A DNA stretch of 62,499 nt, filler included, from 12 parts of 12 records of this genome joined end to end with filler, not necessarily neighbours in it, one strand, 5' to 3'; numbered from the whole stretch's first letter, positions 13,325 to 25,460 are shown. The notes: generated by a model not told the origin, from the sequence alone. Numbers and translations: made by a program.

Positions 13325-14200
13325 ATGTCCTCCTCGTACCTCAGCCGTCTGCTCGAGCAGAGGGATAGCGCCTACCTCGCGCGGCTGGTTGCTGGTGGCG
13401 ACGCGCCCGACGCGCGGTATGAGTACACCTGGCATCTGCCCGGCACCCTGGGCCTGCGGCTGCAGCAAGGGGCCGGGGAGGTTGTGATCGAGGCGATCAA
13501 GGATAGCAGCCTGCTCGAGCGGAGCAAGCTGCGGGCCGGGATGGCGTTCGAGAGCGTCAACGGCGAGCCGGTCGGCGACATCGGAAAGTTCAAACTGGTC
13601 GACCTAATCAAAGCCGCTGGCCGGCCCATGACGATCGTGTTCAGAGGTGCCCGCTTGCCTGTGGCAGCCCTGACCGTCCGATTGCCAGATGCTACTACGG
13701 CCAGCAAATCTAAAGTCACCGAGATCGGGCGAATGCTCAGCGAGGCTGGCCACGCTGACGAGGCCCTGACTGCCAGCTCACCACGCTCGGAGAAGCACCA
13801 GCGTCAGCGCCGCGCCAGTCTAGACTTCAAAGCTGTATTGGAGGAGGCGGAGGCCGAGGAGGATGCCGAGGCCGAGCAATCGGAGCCGCAGGCGGAAGCG
13901 GCTGCCATCGTGGAGGAAGCCGCTGCTATCGTGGAGGCAATTGTGGACGAGGTGCGATCGACCACAATAGCAACCGCTGCCAAGCCTGAGGAGGCTCCGG
14001 CGGCCGAGACTGAGGAGCTGGCCGAGATCTTGGCTGAGACTGTAGTGGAACTCGAGAGCACCGCAGCGGTGGTGAAGAGCCCAGGAAAGATGCGCCGGAG
14101 CCCCAGGAAAACAAGAGCGCGCCGAGTCACGGCGCCCAACTACGAAGGGCGGGTGAACAGTTGGCTGGGCAGAGTCTTGGCGGTGCGCCCGACGCTGTAG
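13325..14200 (+). CDS. PDZ-domain protein with acidic, Ala-rich tail
   Basis: GTLGLRL...LRAGMAFESVNGEPV...DLIKAAGRPMTIVF is a PDZ-like pattern; intronless ORF. Confidence 0.7.
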   Translation: MSSSYLSRLLEQRDSAYLARLVAGGDAPDARYEYTWHLPGTLGLRLQQGAGEVVIEAIKDSSLLERSKLRAGMAFESVNGEPVGDIGKFKLVDLIKAAGRPMTIVFRGARLPVAALTVRLPDATTASKSKVTEIGRMLSEAGHADEALTASSPRSEKHQRQRRASLDFKAVLEEAEAEEDAEAEQSEPQAEAAAIVEEAAAIVEAIVDEVRSTTIATAAKPEEAPAAETEELAEILAETVVELESTAAVVKSPGKMRRSPRKTRARRVTAPNYEGRVNSWLGRVLAVRPTL

Positions 14201-14469
14201 AAGTTCGGTGCTGCATTGCTGGTCTGAAGCTCTGCTCGTCAACCAGGCGCCAGCTGGCCAATTATTTAAACGAGAACACTATCAGGGCGTTTCTAGGCAA
14301 TAAAGTCAATCGCCCTTTTTTCAATCCCTGGTTTCAATTAAATTAGTCGTTCGTATCACGCTCCTCCTGNNNNNNNNNNNNNNNNNNNNNNNNNNNNNNN
14401 NNNNNNNNNNNNNTTAATTAATTAANNNNNNNNNNNNNNNNNNNNNNNNNNNNNNNNNNNNNNNNNNNN

Positions 14470-14874
14470 GTGGCGCAGCTCGATTAAGTCCCCGCGTACC
14501 AACCGGCTCTCCGGGATCTATCCCGCCTGGCTCGGTCGGGCCCACCAGCGGCGCACCATCATCTCCTTGCCGTTCCGAATTACAATCATCTTCTGCTCTT
14601 CCCAACCGGGATAGAACCCTGCCCCGGCTCAGCCCGCCCATCGACGTCTACCTATGCTGTGCGGCGGCTTGTTGTGCCCGTCGTGCTTGAGCCGGAAGGC
14701 GGCTTGCTCCATGGTCAGCCCCAGCTCCTGGTGGCTCCGCAGCTGGCTGCACAGCTCCGGCAGGCTCAGCGCGTGCTCATTGATCGCCCGGCTGATCCCG
14801 GCCGCCGCCAGCGCGTCCCCACTGTCCAGCTCGTACTGATCATCGTCCAGCGCCGCGCACTGGCACGCACCCAT
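14470..14874 (-). CDS. 5' part of a P2C (Na/K-type) ATPase-like protein; truncated by the contig end
   Basis: NEHALSLPELCSQL..LGLTMEQAAFRLKHDGHN resembles Cation_ATPase_N; after two small introns MIVIRNGKEMMIPESRLVRGDLIEL resembles the start of the actuator domain. Confidence 0.7.
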
Positions 14875-15221
14875 CCGATCCAGAACGCGGTGGGCTGGCC
14901 ACCAGCCGAGCCGGGCTTTTACTGTAGCTTGTTACTGTAGCCTACATGTATAGTTGGACTAGTTATAATTACCAAGTAGTAAGGTAGCTGCTTATTGTCC
15001 ACCGCCCCAAAATGTAATTTATAAGGTGGAGCACAAGGCGGATGAAATGGGTATGGCCTCTACGGTTTGGACTCGGGTGGAAGCCGGTCAGATGTAGTTA
15101 GTGTTGTGAATTAAACATAGATCTAGCATAACATAACCTCCGCATTTGCCCCCAGCAGCTGCCTGACCAGTATTGGGAAAAACTCCCAGAAAGGAGCGAC
15201 AGAGTGACGCAATCGCTGCGA

Positions 15222-15780
15222 ATGACGACTGCTGCGCAGCGGTGCCCGGGCGGCCGAAGCGAACTGGTGCGGGCCGCAAGTGCTGAGACTGGGCCGACTG
15301 GAGGGGCAGAGCCACGCAATGGCGCAGGTGATGGTCGAGGAAATGCAGCGAATGGTGCTGGCTGTGTCATCAAACAAGATCAAGGTGCCAAATCACTGTC
15401 GTGTGCCAAATTGACGTTACTGTAGGAGGGCGAGACGCAAGTGCGCAGGTTCGAAGGTGGCGGTGGCCATCAGGTGGCTGTCGTAATGCGTGTTGGTACT
15501 GAGGTTGCTGTCGCAGGTTGTCATGGATGATAAGGTCAAGGAGGCCATCAAAAGCATACACCGGAATCCGGGCTATTACGAGGTCAATCAGTATCTACGT
15601 GAATGGGCAAAAGACACCATGAATGGCCCTAAGTCCAGGTGAAGCCTGCTCCAAACCTGGATAACTACAGCAAATTGTGCTGCAGTGCGATCATATCAAC
15701 CTTAACTCAGGGAGCTTTCTCGCTGGACGACTTGGAGGGCCGAAAGAACATCATCTGCACAGGCAAAACTCACCAGACCT
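15222..15780 (+). CDS. Multi-exon hypothetical protein (boundaries uncertain)
   Basis: Consecutive ~41-43 nt GT-AG introns give an open frame MAQVMVEEMQRMVLAVSSNKIK-EGETQVRRFEGGGGHQ-VVMDDKVKEAIKSIHRNPGYYEVNQYLREWAKD. Confidence 0.35.
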
Positions 15781-16540
15781 TAAGTCTTGACATGCGCAAA
15801 CCAGGAATCTGAGACGCAATGTGTCGGGCAGGGATTCCCAAGGACACACGGCCTGGACCTTGACTATAACAAAGTGCAGGGTGGATACCCAAGAGCAGCA
15901 GAGCCAACTCATACTGAACTTTAGTGCAACCAACTCCACAGCAACCTGTGCTCATATAATGAGTACACTTTCAAGTGCAATAGGACATTACGAATGTGCA
16001 TGTCAACGCAGCCCTCCAGCCATTTCCACTCTCAACGTACACACGCCTTGCCAATGCTTAACTACTTGAAGAAAACTGACGACCCGACTTAATTTAGAAT
16101 CATTGCGTACAATAATTTAGTCTTAACTGTTTAAGAGTAACTAGTGCTCAACTCCAAATGAGAGTTGAATGACATATTAGCTAGTATGAATTTCAACAAT
16201 GAAAGCTCCCGTAAATATGAAAAATGGGCATACGGAGTTCTGAACGATATACAAGACTTAGTATGTGTACGTTCTAGCTCCTTTATGCGTATACGATGCT
16301 AAGCTAGATTAACAGCTACTACAGTCTGCTTCTGGTCTCCTCTAGGTCTTATAGGTCTCCTATTCAGTCCCTCTTGGCTAATTAATATGAATGTGACTAA
16401 TGGGGCTAATTAATGTGATGCTGTGTTAACACTGCGCATGGCCAACTAGAAGCATTGAAGCCTGCTGTACAGGCTTCGGACCTCGGCGTACAGTTTCCTG
16501 GTCACTAAATTGCGTATACACCCCTATCAAGCGCCTGGTG

Positions 16541-19381
16541 CTAATCCATGAGGTCAATGACAACAATATGCTTCTCCTCCGGCACCGGCACCTGTTGTTG
16601 CACTAAGCTCTCAGCAATTGCTGCTGCTAGTTGGCGCTCCTCGGTATCCGTGCAGGTTGACGCTGCAGGACGCACTGGGGTTGCTAGACTGGCCGCGATA
16701 GCTGCTGCTATGTCATCATCCTCTACTATCCGATGGCTGTTGGCCTCTTCGGCACTGCGCACGAGCGCCAGTGCCATCTGCTCGTCCTCATGAGTTTTCT
16801 TGTGTTCTGTCTCACTGCGCTGCAGGGCAAGTGCGAGTTGCAATTCGTCGTGAGCAGCCTGGTTGTTCTGGTGCTCAGCTGCACTCTGTATCAGTGCCGT
16901 TTCTAGAGCATCGTCCATGCCGCTTGGCGCGACACGTGTGTTTGCAGCCTCAAGCTTCTTTGCTGTCTGGGAAATTAATGGTAATTCCGCAAACAGACCT
17001 TCTGCCGAAGCAACCGAGGCGAGATTCGCACAAGTGCTAGCATTTCCAGTACTTAGCCCCTTCCCGGTGTCTAACCATTTCCGCATTGAGTCTGCAGAGG
17101 CTTTACTAGCGTTTTGTGGTTTGCTGGTTGTGGCATTACCCGGGGAACACAAGGAAATCTCAACATCGCCCATCTCCGCCTGGACTCCACTTGCAGCCAG
17201 CACCATGCAAACTCGTTGCGATTTTGGCGACACAGCGCATTCTGTCTTGAAACACTGCCACTTGGCAGGCCACCTGAAACCATTCCCACCGCCCTTGCCC
17301 TTGCCCTTGCCCGAAACCATTGCAACTCGCTTGGAATAGTAGCTGTCAGCGTCTTCTTTGGAGTTAGTGAGCAACCCTTGACTTGACCGAGCAACATTTG
17401 ATTTAACAAAGGCCTGCACTTGAATGTGGGCGGTCAGGGTTTCATGCATATTGAAGCACTGTATCAGGCTGAGCCCAGAACCACACGCCACCGTCGCTTG
17501 TATTGTGGGACTAATCTTAATTACCCTGCGATGGATCCTTGCCCCAGCCTGTGCAAGCCCACCATCAACCAGCAGTGCTGCGTTGGAAGGGTGCAACAAT
17601 ATCTTCTCCAGCTCCTTGGCCCGACCGAACCCGGATGGGATGCACCTTTCGGCCGAAGTCGGGTCACTGAGCAGTGAGGAATGAACTGCCTGCAGTGCTA
17701 AGTAGGACACGGAAGCAGTAGCTGGGGAGACAGGAGTCACACCGATAGGCTCGGAGGCCCAGATCCGGACCCAGAACGGCGCATGTGTCGTAGTCTCGGC
17801 AGCCGACGGACTGGATCCTAGGCACATGGGCAGGATGGCATAGCGGCCTGGTTTGGAGATCTTGGCAGTGAAGGTTCTCTCCCCCCGGTCGGCGCCTCTG
17901 AAGCTTCCACCGACAAGCTCCTCAAAGGTGTCGCCCTCGGGGCCGAGCCGCACGATTAAAACAGACAAATCGCCCAGCTTGTAACTCTTCTTCCGGTCAG
18001 ACCGGCACCACGAGCCTCGCTTCGTAGGCTGGAGCGCCATGACGAGTAGCGTGGTCGGAGCCTCTGAGGCTGTAACGAAGTACACAAACTCAGTGCAGCG
18101 TTGAGGGCTCTTCTTGTCGGGAAATCTGTTGGCAAACGATTGACTGTGCCAGCCTTGGAACGCGAAGCAGACATCCACGTGCGAAAACCCCATCAAAAAG
18201 TGTGTATAGTCCTGCCAGAATGTACCATCATCCACTCCTGTCCGCTCAAACTCGCCGCTGCTCGAGACCAGCTGCGACCACTCAGCCGATTTATCACTCC
18301 AGCTCCCGTTCCATTCGCCCACCCCGTGTGGGTTTCGGATCCTAAGAAGCCTAACCACCTGGCCACCTCGCGTCTCGGCCTCGCGCACATCAAGTATCGA
18401 GTACGCATGCCCTCCAAATAAACCGACTTCTCTCAGATCCGACCCACGTTCTGCATTGTTGGTGCCGCATCCCAACGGGAGTTGGAGCGCTCGGAATGCA
18501 CGGAGTCGTGCCCACATCATCTCCGAGTCGAAGCCGTCGTCTCCAAGATATATCATTTCTGTTGGAGCTCCGGTCAAGTCTAGCAAGGCCTCAGCGACTT
18601 GTCCGCCTGAGATTGCCTGGTACGAACCGTGCGCTTTTGCATATGCTTTCTCCACCAAAGACGCCCACAGCTGCTGCTCGCCATTGGGCCCGCTGGTCCT
18701 GCAGAAGGCCAGCTTGGTGTCGAATGCCAAGTGATCTCGTCGCGGCTGAGCTGTCACTGGCAGCTGGTCATCAATCAGCACACTCTTCCACCGGCCGTCC
18801 AGGAACATCCTGAGCGAGTAGCACCCCGACGAGTTCCGGGCCGTGTCCGCCGCGAACAGCTTGGCGATCAGGTCGTGCCGCTCGGCGACCACCGCCAGAG
18901 CGCTCATGAACCAGCAATCACCCACCCCGCCCTGCCGCAAATCGGCCGCCCGGAACCCGAAGTCGGACACTACCTGGAGCTCGCGCGGCATCCGTGCCCA
19001 CGAGAGCGGCTTCCGCTTCTGCCAGGCCGCCCCGTCCACCCAAGCGAACATCCCGCACCGCCGTGCCGCGCAATGCCAATAGCTCCGGCCCTTGTTGCCC
19101 GTGTCCCGGCGCACTGTAGCCCGTGCCGCCTCGACTCCGCACGCACACCTGGGTGTCGCACCGCCGGAGCTGGGTGTGGGCGCCGCGGCTGGCTCGGGCT
19201 TGCCCGAGATGGACAGCTGGACGGCCGGGAACGCCTCGTCGGACCAGGGCTGGCCTTGCTGTACGATGTCACGCCACTGGTTCAGCTCGGCTGGGCTCAG
19301 CGCATCATCGTCCCCGCAGACTGTGCATGCGTCCCCGGCAGCCCGGCCGCCCAGCTTCGCACGCTTCGCCGGCGGCTGCAT
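16541..19381 (-). CDS. Calpain-family (CysPc) protease with GRF zinc finger, domain III and C-terminal UIM repeats
   Basis: QGGVGDCWFMSAL, HAYSI and RNPHG give the C/H/N triad; CACG...NKGRSYWHCAARRCGMFAWVD is a zf-GRF; five UIM-like helices; intronless. Confidence 0.92.
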   Translation of the reverse strand: MQPPAKRAKLGGRAAGDACTVCGDDDALSPAELNQWRDIVQQGQPWSDEAFPAVQLSISGKPEPAAAPTPSSGGATPRCACGVEAARATVRRDTGNKGRSYWHCAARRCGMFAWVDGAAWQKRKPLSWARMPRELQVVSDFGFRAADLRQGGVGDCWFMSALAVVAERHDLIAKLFAADTARNSSGCYSLRMFLDGRWKSVLIDDQLPVTAQPRRDHLAFDTKLAFCRTSGPNGEQQLWASLVEKAYAKAHGSYQAISGGQVAEALLDLTGAPTEMIYLGDDGFDSEMMWARLRAFRALQLPLGCGTNNAERGSDLREVGLFGGHAYSILDVREAETRGGQVVRLLRIRNPHGVGEWNGSWSDKSAEWSQLVSSSGEFERTGVDDGTFWQDYTHFLMGFSHVDVCFAFQGWHSQSFANRFPDKKSPQRCTEFVYFVTASEAPTTLLVMALQPTKRGSWCRSDRKKSYKLGDLSVLIVRLGPEGDTFEELVGGSFRGADRGERTFTAKISKPGRYAILPMCLGSSPSAAETTTHAPFWVRIWASEPIGVTPVSPATASVSYLALQAVHSSLLSDPTSAERCIPSGFGRAKELEKILLHPSNAALLVDGGLAQAGARIHRRVIKISPTIQATVACGSGLSLIQCFNMHETLTAHIQVQAFVKSNVARSSQGLLTNSKEDADSYYSKRVAMVSGKGKGKGGGNGFRWPAKWQCFKTECAVSPKSQRVCMVLAASGVQAEMGDVEISLCSPGNATTSKPQNASKASADSMRKWLDTGKGLSTGNASTCANLASVASAEGLFAELPLISQTAKKLEAANTRVAPSGMDDALETALIQSAAEHQNNQAAHDELQLALALQRSETEHKKTHEDEQMALALVRSAEEANSHRIVEDDDIAAAIAASLATPVRPAASTCTDTEERQLAAAIAESLVQQQVPVPEEKHIVVIDLMD

Positions 19382-19560
19382 CCGAGCTGCGCAGTCGGGA
19401 GACTGGCCCCGGCGCTTTTGGGCTCGAGACCGGATGGTCAACTTGATAGTGTACTGGCTAATGAAGATTTACATGAGATGAAACTCAAGTGTATAACCGT
19501 CCGTCAGAGCGTGGCTGGCCATAGGGGCAGCTAGCACACGCGAAGCTAGACCCTCGACAG

Positions 19561-20722
19561 CTAGTAGCCGGGGTGCTGGTCAGGCAATCCTCCTTGGTCT
19601 CCATTGAATACCGACGGCAGCCCCGGCTCATTTAGCATCCCAGAGCTCCGGTCCTTCTGTGCCAATGGCGAGATCAGATTTTGCTCCACATCCACATCAT
19701 CTCCTGGCTGAGCCGTCGCGGCAGCAGAGACCGGCTTGAGCGCGTGGACGAGATAGAGCGCGGCCGCTAGCCCGAAAGCAATCATGCCGGATCGTGCAAA
19801 CTTATCCCAGATCGGGGCGGCGTCCTGGCCGAGCCAGCTGTTGTCCTTGAGCCACTGCGGCCGTTTGACCTGTCCGAGCTCAGATATTCTCCAGCTGCAG
19901 AATTGTTTTCACCTCAAAGGCGAGGATGCCCAGGATCATAACCAGAAGGCCCAGGCACCTGCTCTATTCTTAGACAGCAGACAGCTGGCTGGTCACCCGA
20001 GCGCGTTGCCGACCAGCACGTGCGCCCGGAGGAACAGGCCGCGCGCCACCGTCCCTGGCCGGAGTAGACAGTCGTTTGAGAAGACCAGCAGAGCGAGCGG
20101 CCACTGGCCATGGCGCTGGCCGGCGGCTGGCCGGCATTGATCACCTGGAGCCAGTATGCCGCGAGCACTGTGATCCCAATGTACGAGTGCAGCGATTGAA
20201 AGTGGCTAGCGAATTTGCACCTGTCTGCCGAGTGACTGCCGGGCGGGGACGGGCGGGACCAGCCGCCGTTGGAGTAATAGATCTGAACGAAGCCGAGAAT
20301 GGAGAAAATGAGCGACCCGAGCTTCATACAGGCGTGGATCCATTTGACAAGGCCGTGCGCCAGCCTGCCGTCCAGCCGGTTAGACCAGACCGGCCGGTCA
20401 GCGAGATTTACCCGACGGTATCCTCCAGGACATAATAAGTAACCGCGCCAATAGGGGCGAACAGCCCGAAGGCCAAGGTCATAAAGAACATGTGCAGCGT
20501 GAAGAAATTGGCGCTGTCCGGCGTGCCCACCGGGTGGGGCATCGGCTTGCCCGTGCCGCACTCCTTGACACTGGCCCACTGGATCCTACCGCTGTTTGGC
20601 CAGACTTGTTGGTCGGTGGCTGCCTTAATCGCATCAAAGAGGAACCCGAACAGCACAAACGCCCCGCACACAACCGCCAGCGCGCAGCATTTGAGCCCGA
20701 CTGAGGCCGGAGGGCGACCCAT
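19561..20722 (-). CDS. Cytochrome b561-family membrane protein; 4 small introns
   Basis: FTLHMFFMTLAF, KWIHACM, HFQSLHSYIG and FLRAHVLVG supply the four heme-ligand His; GT-AG introns restore the frame. Confidence 0.8.
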
Positions 20723-20985
20723 TGGAAAGGGCCGCGCTCGGTGCCGTTTTAATGCCGTTAAAACGTTAAATTTTCTGGAGCGAATAAAATAAAGGACTCA
20801 GGACTACAGTAGTAGCCTATTCAATGAGCTTTAGACACGCTTTGATTCTGAAATAACGCGGGATNNNNNNNNNNNNNNNNNNNNNNNNNNNNNNNNNNNN
20901 NNNNNNNNTTAATTAATTAANNNNNNNNNNNNNNNNNNNNNNNNNNNNNNNNNNNNNNNNNNNNCGGCTTTCCAATGCTGCTGCA

Positions 20986-23900
20986 TTGGTGAGAAGGGCA
21001 GGCTTGCACAGTCTGCACCCGGCGGGCTCATCCCGATCTGGAATGAAGCCTGTGCTATACCAGCAGCCGGACCCAGCCGAGTCGGACGATGAGGCGGACG
21101 CGGTGGTCCGCCGGTTCACCCACGCGATGCTCCACTCGCTGGTTGGCACGTTTGGGATCCCGACCCTCGTAACCCCAGACTCTGAGGAGCCCGGCGAGAT
21201 CCCGATGGAGCAGCTGATCGCCGAGTGCTGCCAGAGCGTCCCGCGCCTGCTCCCGCACTGCGGTCGGTTCGACGAGTATCCTGCAGGCGACGCGTTGGCG
21301 GTGCAGCAGCCCCGGCTGGATTTCGTTGCCCACACGGCTCACATGAAAAAGATTTTTAAGCTGCTGCACAGCAAGGCGGCGGTCGAGCTGATGGTGCACC
21401 GGGTGGGCGGGACGATCGTGCTAGATGGCGTGCTCGACCACCAGCTCGACAGCTGGGCGGTGCAGGGCGACGAGTGGACCGTGGTCGAGGAGCAGAGCCT
21501 GGAGAGCCCCGAAGACCAGCTGCCCCAGAGCGCCCAGCCGGTGCTGCAGGGCTCCCCTTTCCTGTACTTTGACTCGGCGGACGAGGCCGAAGCAGAGGAG
21601 CGTGAGCCGGATGAGTGCGAAATCGGGCTCTATGGCGAGGCGGCCGCGGTCGAGACCCGGAGCAGCTCTGCGGTGCAGGCGGCCAGTCGATTCCGGCGGG
21701 TGTTTCGGTGGCAGTTTAAGGAGCTGGACATGCTGTTGGCCAGCCACCACATGATTTGGTCGTCGGAGGAGTATCCGGCGCTCTCACTCAGGCTGCACAA
21801 CGCGGAGCAGGAGCTCGGGTCTATGAGCTGTTTGGACTACTGGCTGGACAACACGATGGCCTCGATCGACAACATCGGGCTCTGCTACCACCGGGACGGC
21901 ACCATGCAAGGATACGAGATCATCCAGACCGGTGAGCTTCCGTCCAAGGCCCGTCGGCTCGGATTCTCCCCGGAGGCCGTGATGACGCACGCACACTCGG
22001 TGCTCCGATTCCTCCAGACGCACTGCGAGCGGGACGGCGGCACCTACCTGCTCTCGCGCGACCAGGACTCGCACCGGCTCGAGTTGTACGAGGTAACCGA
22101 GTGCCTGAGCCAACAGAATGTGCCAGAGGAGCAAAGCGACGCAGAGCCTGCCCCGGCCAGCCTGCCCCGCCCGCTAGCGCGCAAGGTGGCGCTGCTGTGC
22201 GGCCGGATGGCCAAGAACATTTCGAGCCAGGTCCGAGCCAGGCTGCTGCCGGGCTGCTCAGCTCGTATGTGGCAGGAGCACCCGACTGAGAGTGAGCTCA
22301 GCCGCTGTCGGAGGCTGTACCAGCGGTGTGCCAACCTGCTCCAGCCACAGGCCGATTGGTTGCTCTGGGCCGGCTCGATCGAGGGCGCCGGCAACACGTT
22401 CGTCAGCCCTGGGAGCACCGAGCATCTGATTGGACTGTGCGGCGGGAGTCTGTTCCCCGATGGCTGCCCAAACATTATGACAGTAGACTGTCGGGCAGAG
22501 CGGCTGAGCGCCGAACTCTCGGAGCACGAGAGCACAAAGTTCCTCGCTGCCGGTGGCGTGGTCGGTCTGGGCTGGCTCACGGCTGGGCGCAGGCGAGCTG
22601 TATGCTGTGGCGCTTCGTGAGCCTGCGAGTGAGCAGAGTGATGATGCGTGGCAGCTGCGAAGGCGGGTGAGTTACAAGGCGACTCGCTGCTTTGGAGCGG
22701 CGGCTGCGGCCGCGCTGCAGAGCCACACCCCGCGTTTTCAGGCATGATGGGGGCTGGACTGGCTGCGAGTGCGAGTCAGGTGGCTTTCGAGGCTTTGAGG
22801 GCAGCCAGTTGCTGCATCCCTGAGGGCAAGTCTCACGACTCAATACGCGGAGGGGCCCTAGTCCTGGCCGGTGTGACCGGTGGGCTAACTGGCTGAGAGC
22901 GTGGGGCGGCAGGGTGGTGCTTTACAGCAGCAGCGCAGCTGGGCGTGCCCAAGATGCTGCTGGGGGTAGGCGGGCATAAGAAGCCCATGACTGAGCACCT
23001 GCCGACCACTGTGCACCCGATGCTGGCCGAGCTGGTGGAGGGCAGCGTGGAGGAGGTGCTCAACCGGGGGTCAATGTGCTACCTGCAGGGGCTCAAGCTG
23101 ATGGGGCACTCGGACGAGCAGTGGGGCTGCGCGGTGCACGGGCTCGGGGCGAGCTACACCTGGATGGGCGAGTATTACCTTTCCACTGGTCGGTTCACCA
23201 AGGCACATAGGTTCGTGCCGCCAGCGCTGGTCGGCTCGAGCGTGGCGGGCAGGCACTACACGCAGGGGATTGCGTTGTTCCGGTCGATCTTGGGTCCGAT
23301 GGCCAAGCTGGACAACTCGTGGGTGCCGCAGATCCGAGCGGAGATCAAGATGCAGGTGGCTGCTGCCGGCTGGCTGTGGCTGAGCCTGGTTGAAGGTGGT
23401 TGCGATGCAACTGGGGCTGGCGGCCACCTTCATCCAGCAGGCAAAGATGTCAGGGGATAATGACAAGGCGGCTGGAATGCCGCTGCTTCGACGCGCGGTG
23501 TCGATGCTGCAGGAGGCCAGGATAGAACTTGGCTCGAGCACAGAGGGGCCTGCGCTATGGGCTAAGCTGCATCAGCAGCTGGGGGAGGGGCACGCGCTGT
23601 GCGCCGTGCGGCAGCTGCAGTTGGCTGTGGAAGGGGCGCAGGATGAGGATGAGCAGAACATGGTGGAGGACCTCCAGACTGCGCTCGAGGCATACAAACA
23701 GCTGGAGCAGCCAGATGCGGCGGGCAGTGCTGATGTGGCTAATGTGCATCACCTTCTAGCACTGCACTACGCACACCGGCTGCAGCTGAGCAGCAACACC
23801 GAGAGCAGTTCGGCTGGACGGAAGCCGCTAGCAGCACTCAAGAACAATCCGAAGACGCTGTATGCTCTGGCATCCAACCATTTTACACACGCCCTGGAAC

Positions 23901-24382
23901 AGGCGCCCGTGGGCTGGCAGCTGAGGCGTGTGGTGGCTGCACTCGACTTCAGTCAACTGCTCACTCAGTCAGCGGGCGGCAACAAGGGGGTGGAGACGGC
24001 GCTGCAGTGCCTGATGACAGCATGGGACGGGTTTGAGGATGGAGGACAGGGGCTCTGCCCGGAGAGTTGGTCTGAGCTGGAGAGTTGTAACCCGCAGAAC
24101 AGGCGGTACGCGAGCTCCAGGCTAACTCACGTGCTCGAACAGCCTTCAGAAAAGATCCCTCAGGAGCTGTGGACACTGTTTGAGGCAGAGCTGATTGGAG
24201 TGCTAAAGGCGGCCATCGCGACGCACATGCAAGCTAATGAGCAGGCGCGTTGCGAGGCACTGAAAGCGGTGTACAGGGAGATCTTGACCTATCAGACCAC
24301 TCGGAACTCCTTTCAAAAGGCGAGGACTGCAGTTCAGGCATTACATAACGAGTACAGGAACGTTGCTCCTAGAAAGAAGTAA
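20986..24382 (+). CDS. EDRF1: Erythroid differentiation-related factor 1-like protein (multi-exon; 5' end may lie off the contig)
   Basis: HMKKIFKL..VELMVHRVGGTIVLD and LDYWLDNTMASIDNIGLCYHRDGTMQGYEII match EDRF1 motifs; TPR-like C-terminal half; about 6 small introns. Confidence 0.8.
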
Positions 24383-24744
24383 GTTGAAAGTCCGAGTAGG
24401 TCTTTCAGTTACCGAGCTTAACTAAACGGTGAGTTCCTCGATCGAGTATCAGTTTGAATTCATATGGCCGGGTAGTTTAAAATCTAGCAACAATGTCCTC
24501 TAAGACTGCTCAAGTCTTGTATTGATCTAAAGCCTCGTCGCGCGGTGCATGTCTGCAACTCCGGCTCTGCGTTACACTGCGGCATGGTATGCGCGGCTCG
24601 TGCGGCTCGGTGTCAGTCAGCGTGAGGCCCAACCAGTTGAGGAACCTTCCAGATTTTTTTTTAGCGCGCCAAAATTAGAGATGACAAGGCGGGAAAGTCT
24701 TGCTTCGTTCGTTCGCTCCGGAGCATCACTCTCAAAGGTTCAAC

Positions 24745-25360
24745 ATGGCGGAAGAGACTGAGACGTTCGCCTTCCAGGCGGAGATCAACCAGCTGATGTC
24801 GCTGATCATCAACACGTTCTACAGCAACAAGGAGATCTTCCTCCGCGAGCTGATCTCCAACAGCTCCGACGCGCTCGACAAGATCCGTCACCAGAGCCTG
24901 ACCGACTCGTCCGTGCTCGAGTCCGAGAAGGACCTGTTCATCCACCTGCAGGCCGACAAGACCAACAACACACTGGCGATCATCGACTCCGGGATCGGGA
25001 TGACCAAGAGCGACCTGGTCAACAACCTCGGGACCATCGCCAAGTCCGGCACCAAGGCCTTCATGGAGGCCGTCGAGGCCGGCGCCGACGTGAGCATGAT
25101 CGGGCAGTTCGGCGTGGGGTTCTACTCGGCGTTCCTGGTGGCCGACAGCGTCCAGGTGCACTCCAAGCACAACGACGACGAGCAGTACATCTGGGAGTCG
25201 TCCGCCGGCGGCTCGTTCACCGTGACCTCGGACCCCAACAAGGACCTGGGCCGTGGCACCAAGATCGTGATGCACCTGAAGGACGACCAGCAGGAGTACC
25301 TGGACGAGAAGCGCCTGAAGGAGCTCGTCAAGAAGCACTCGCAGTTCGTCAACTACCCGA
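24745..25360 (+). CDS. HSP90: Cytosolic HSP90, N-terminal part (truncated by the contig end)
   Basis: [55 protein letters not shown]; strong codon bias; no introns. Confidence 0.99.
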
Positions 25361-25460
25361 NNNNNNNNNNNNNNNNNNNNNNNNNNNNNNNNNNNNNNNN
25401 NNNNTTAATTAATTAANNNNNNNNNNNNNNNNNNNNNNNNNNNNNNNNNNNNNNNNNNNN

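Noticed and set aside
24661-25338. Long antisense ORFs over HSP90, SF-assemblin (30241-31449), TRIC (29018-30040) and others
   Set aside because: Expected by-product of high GC3 codon bias on the true strand
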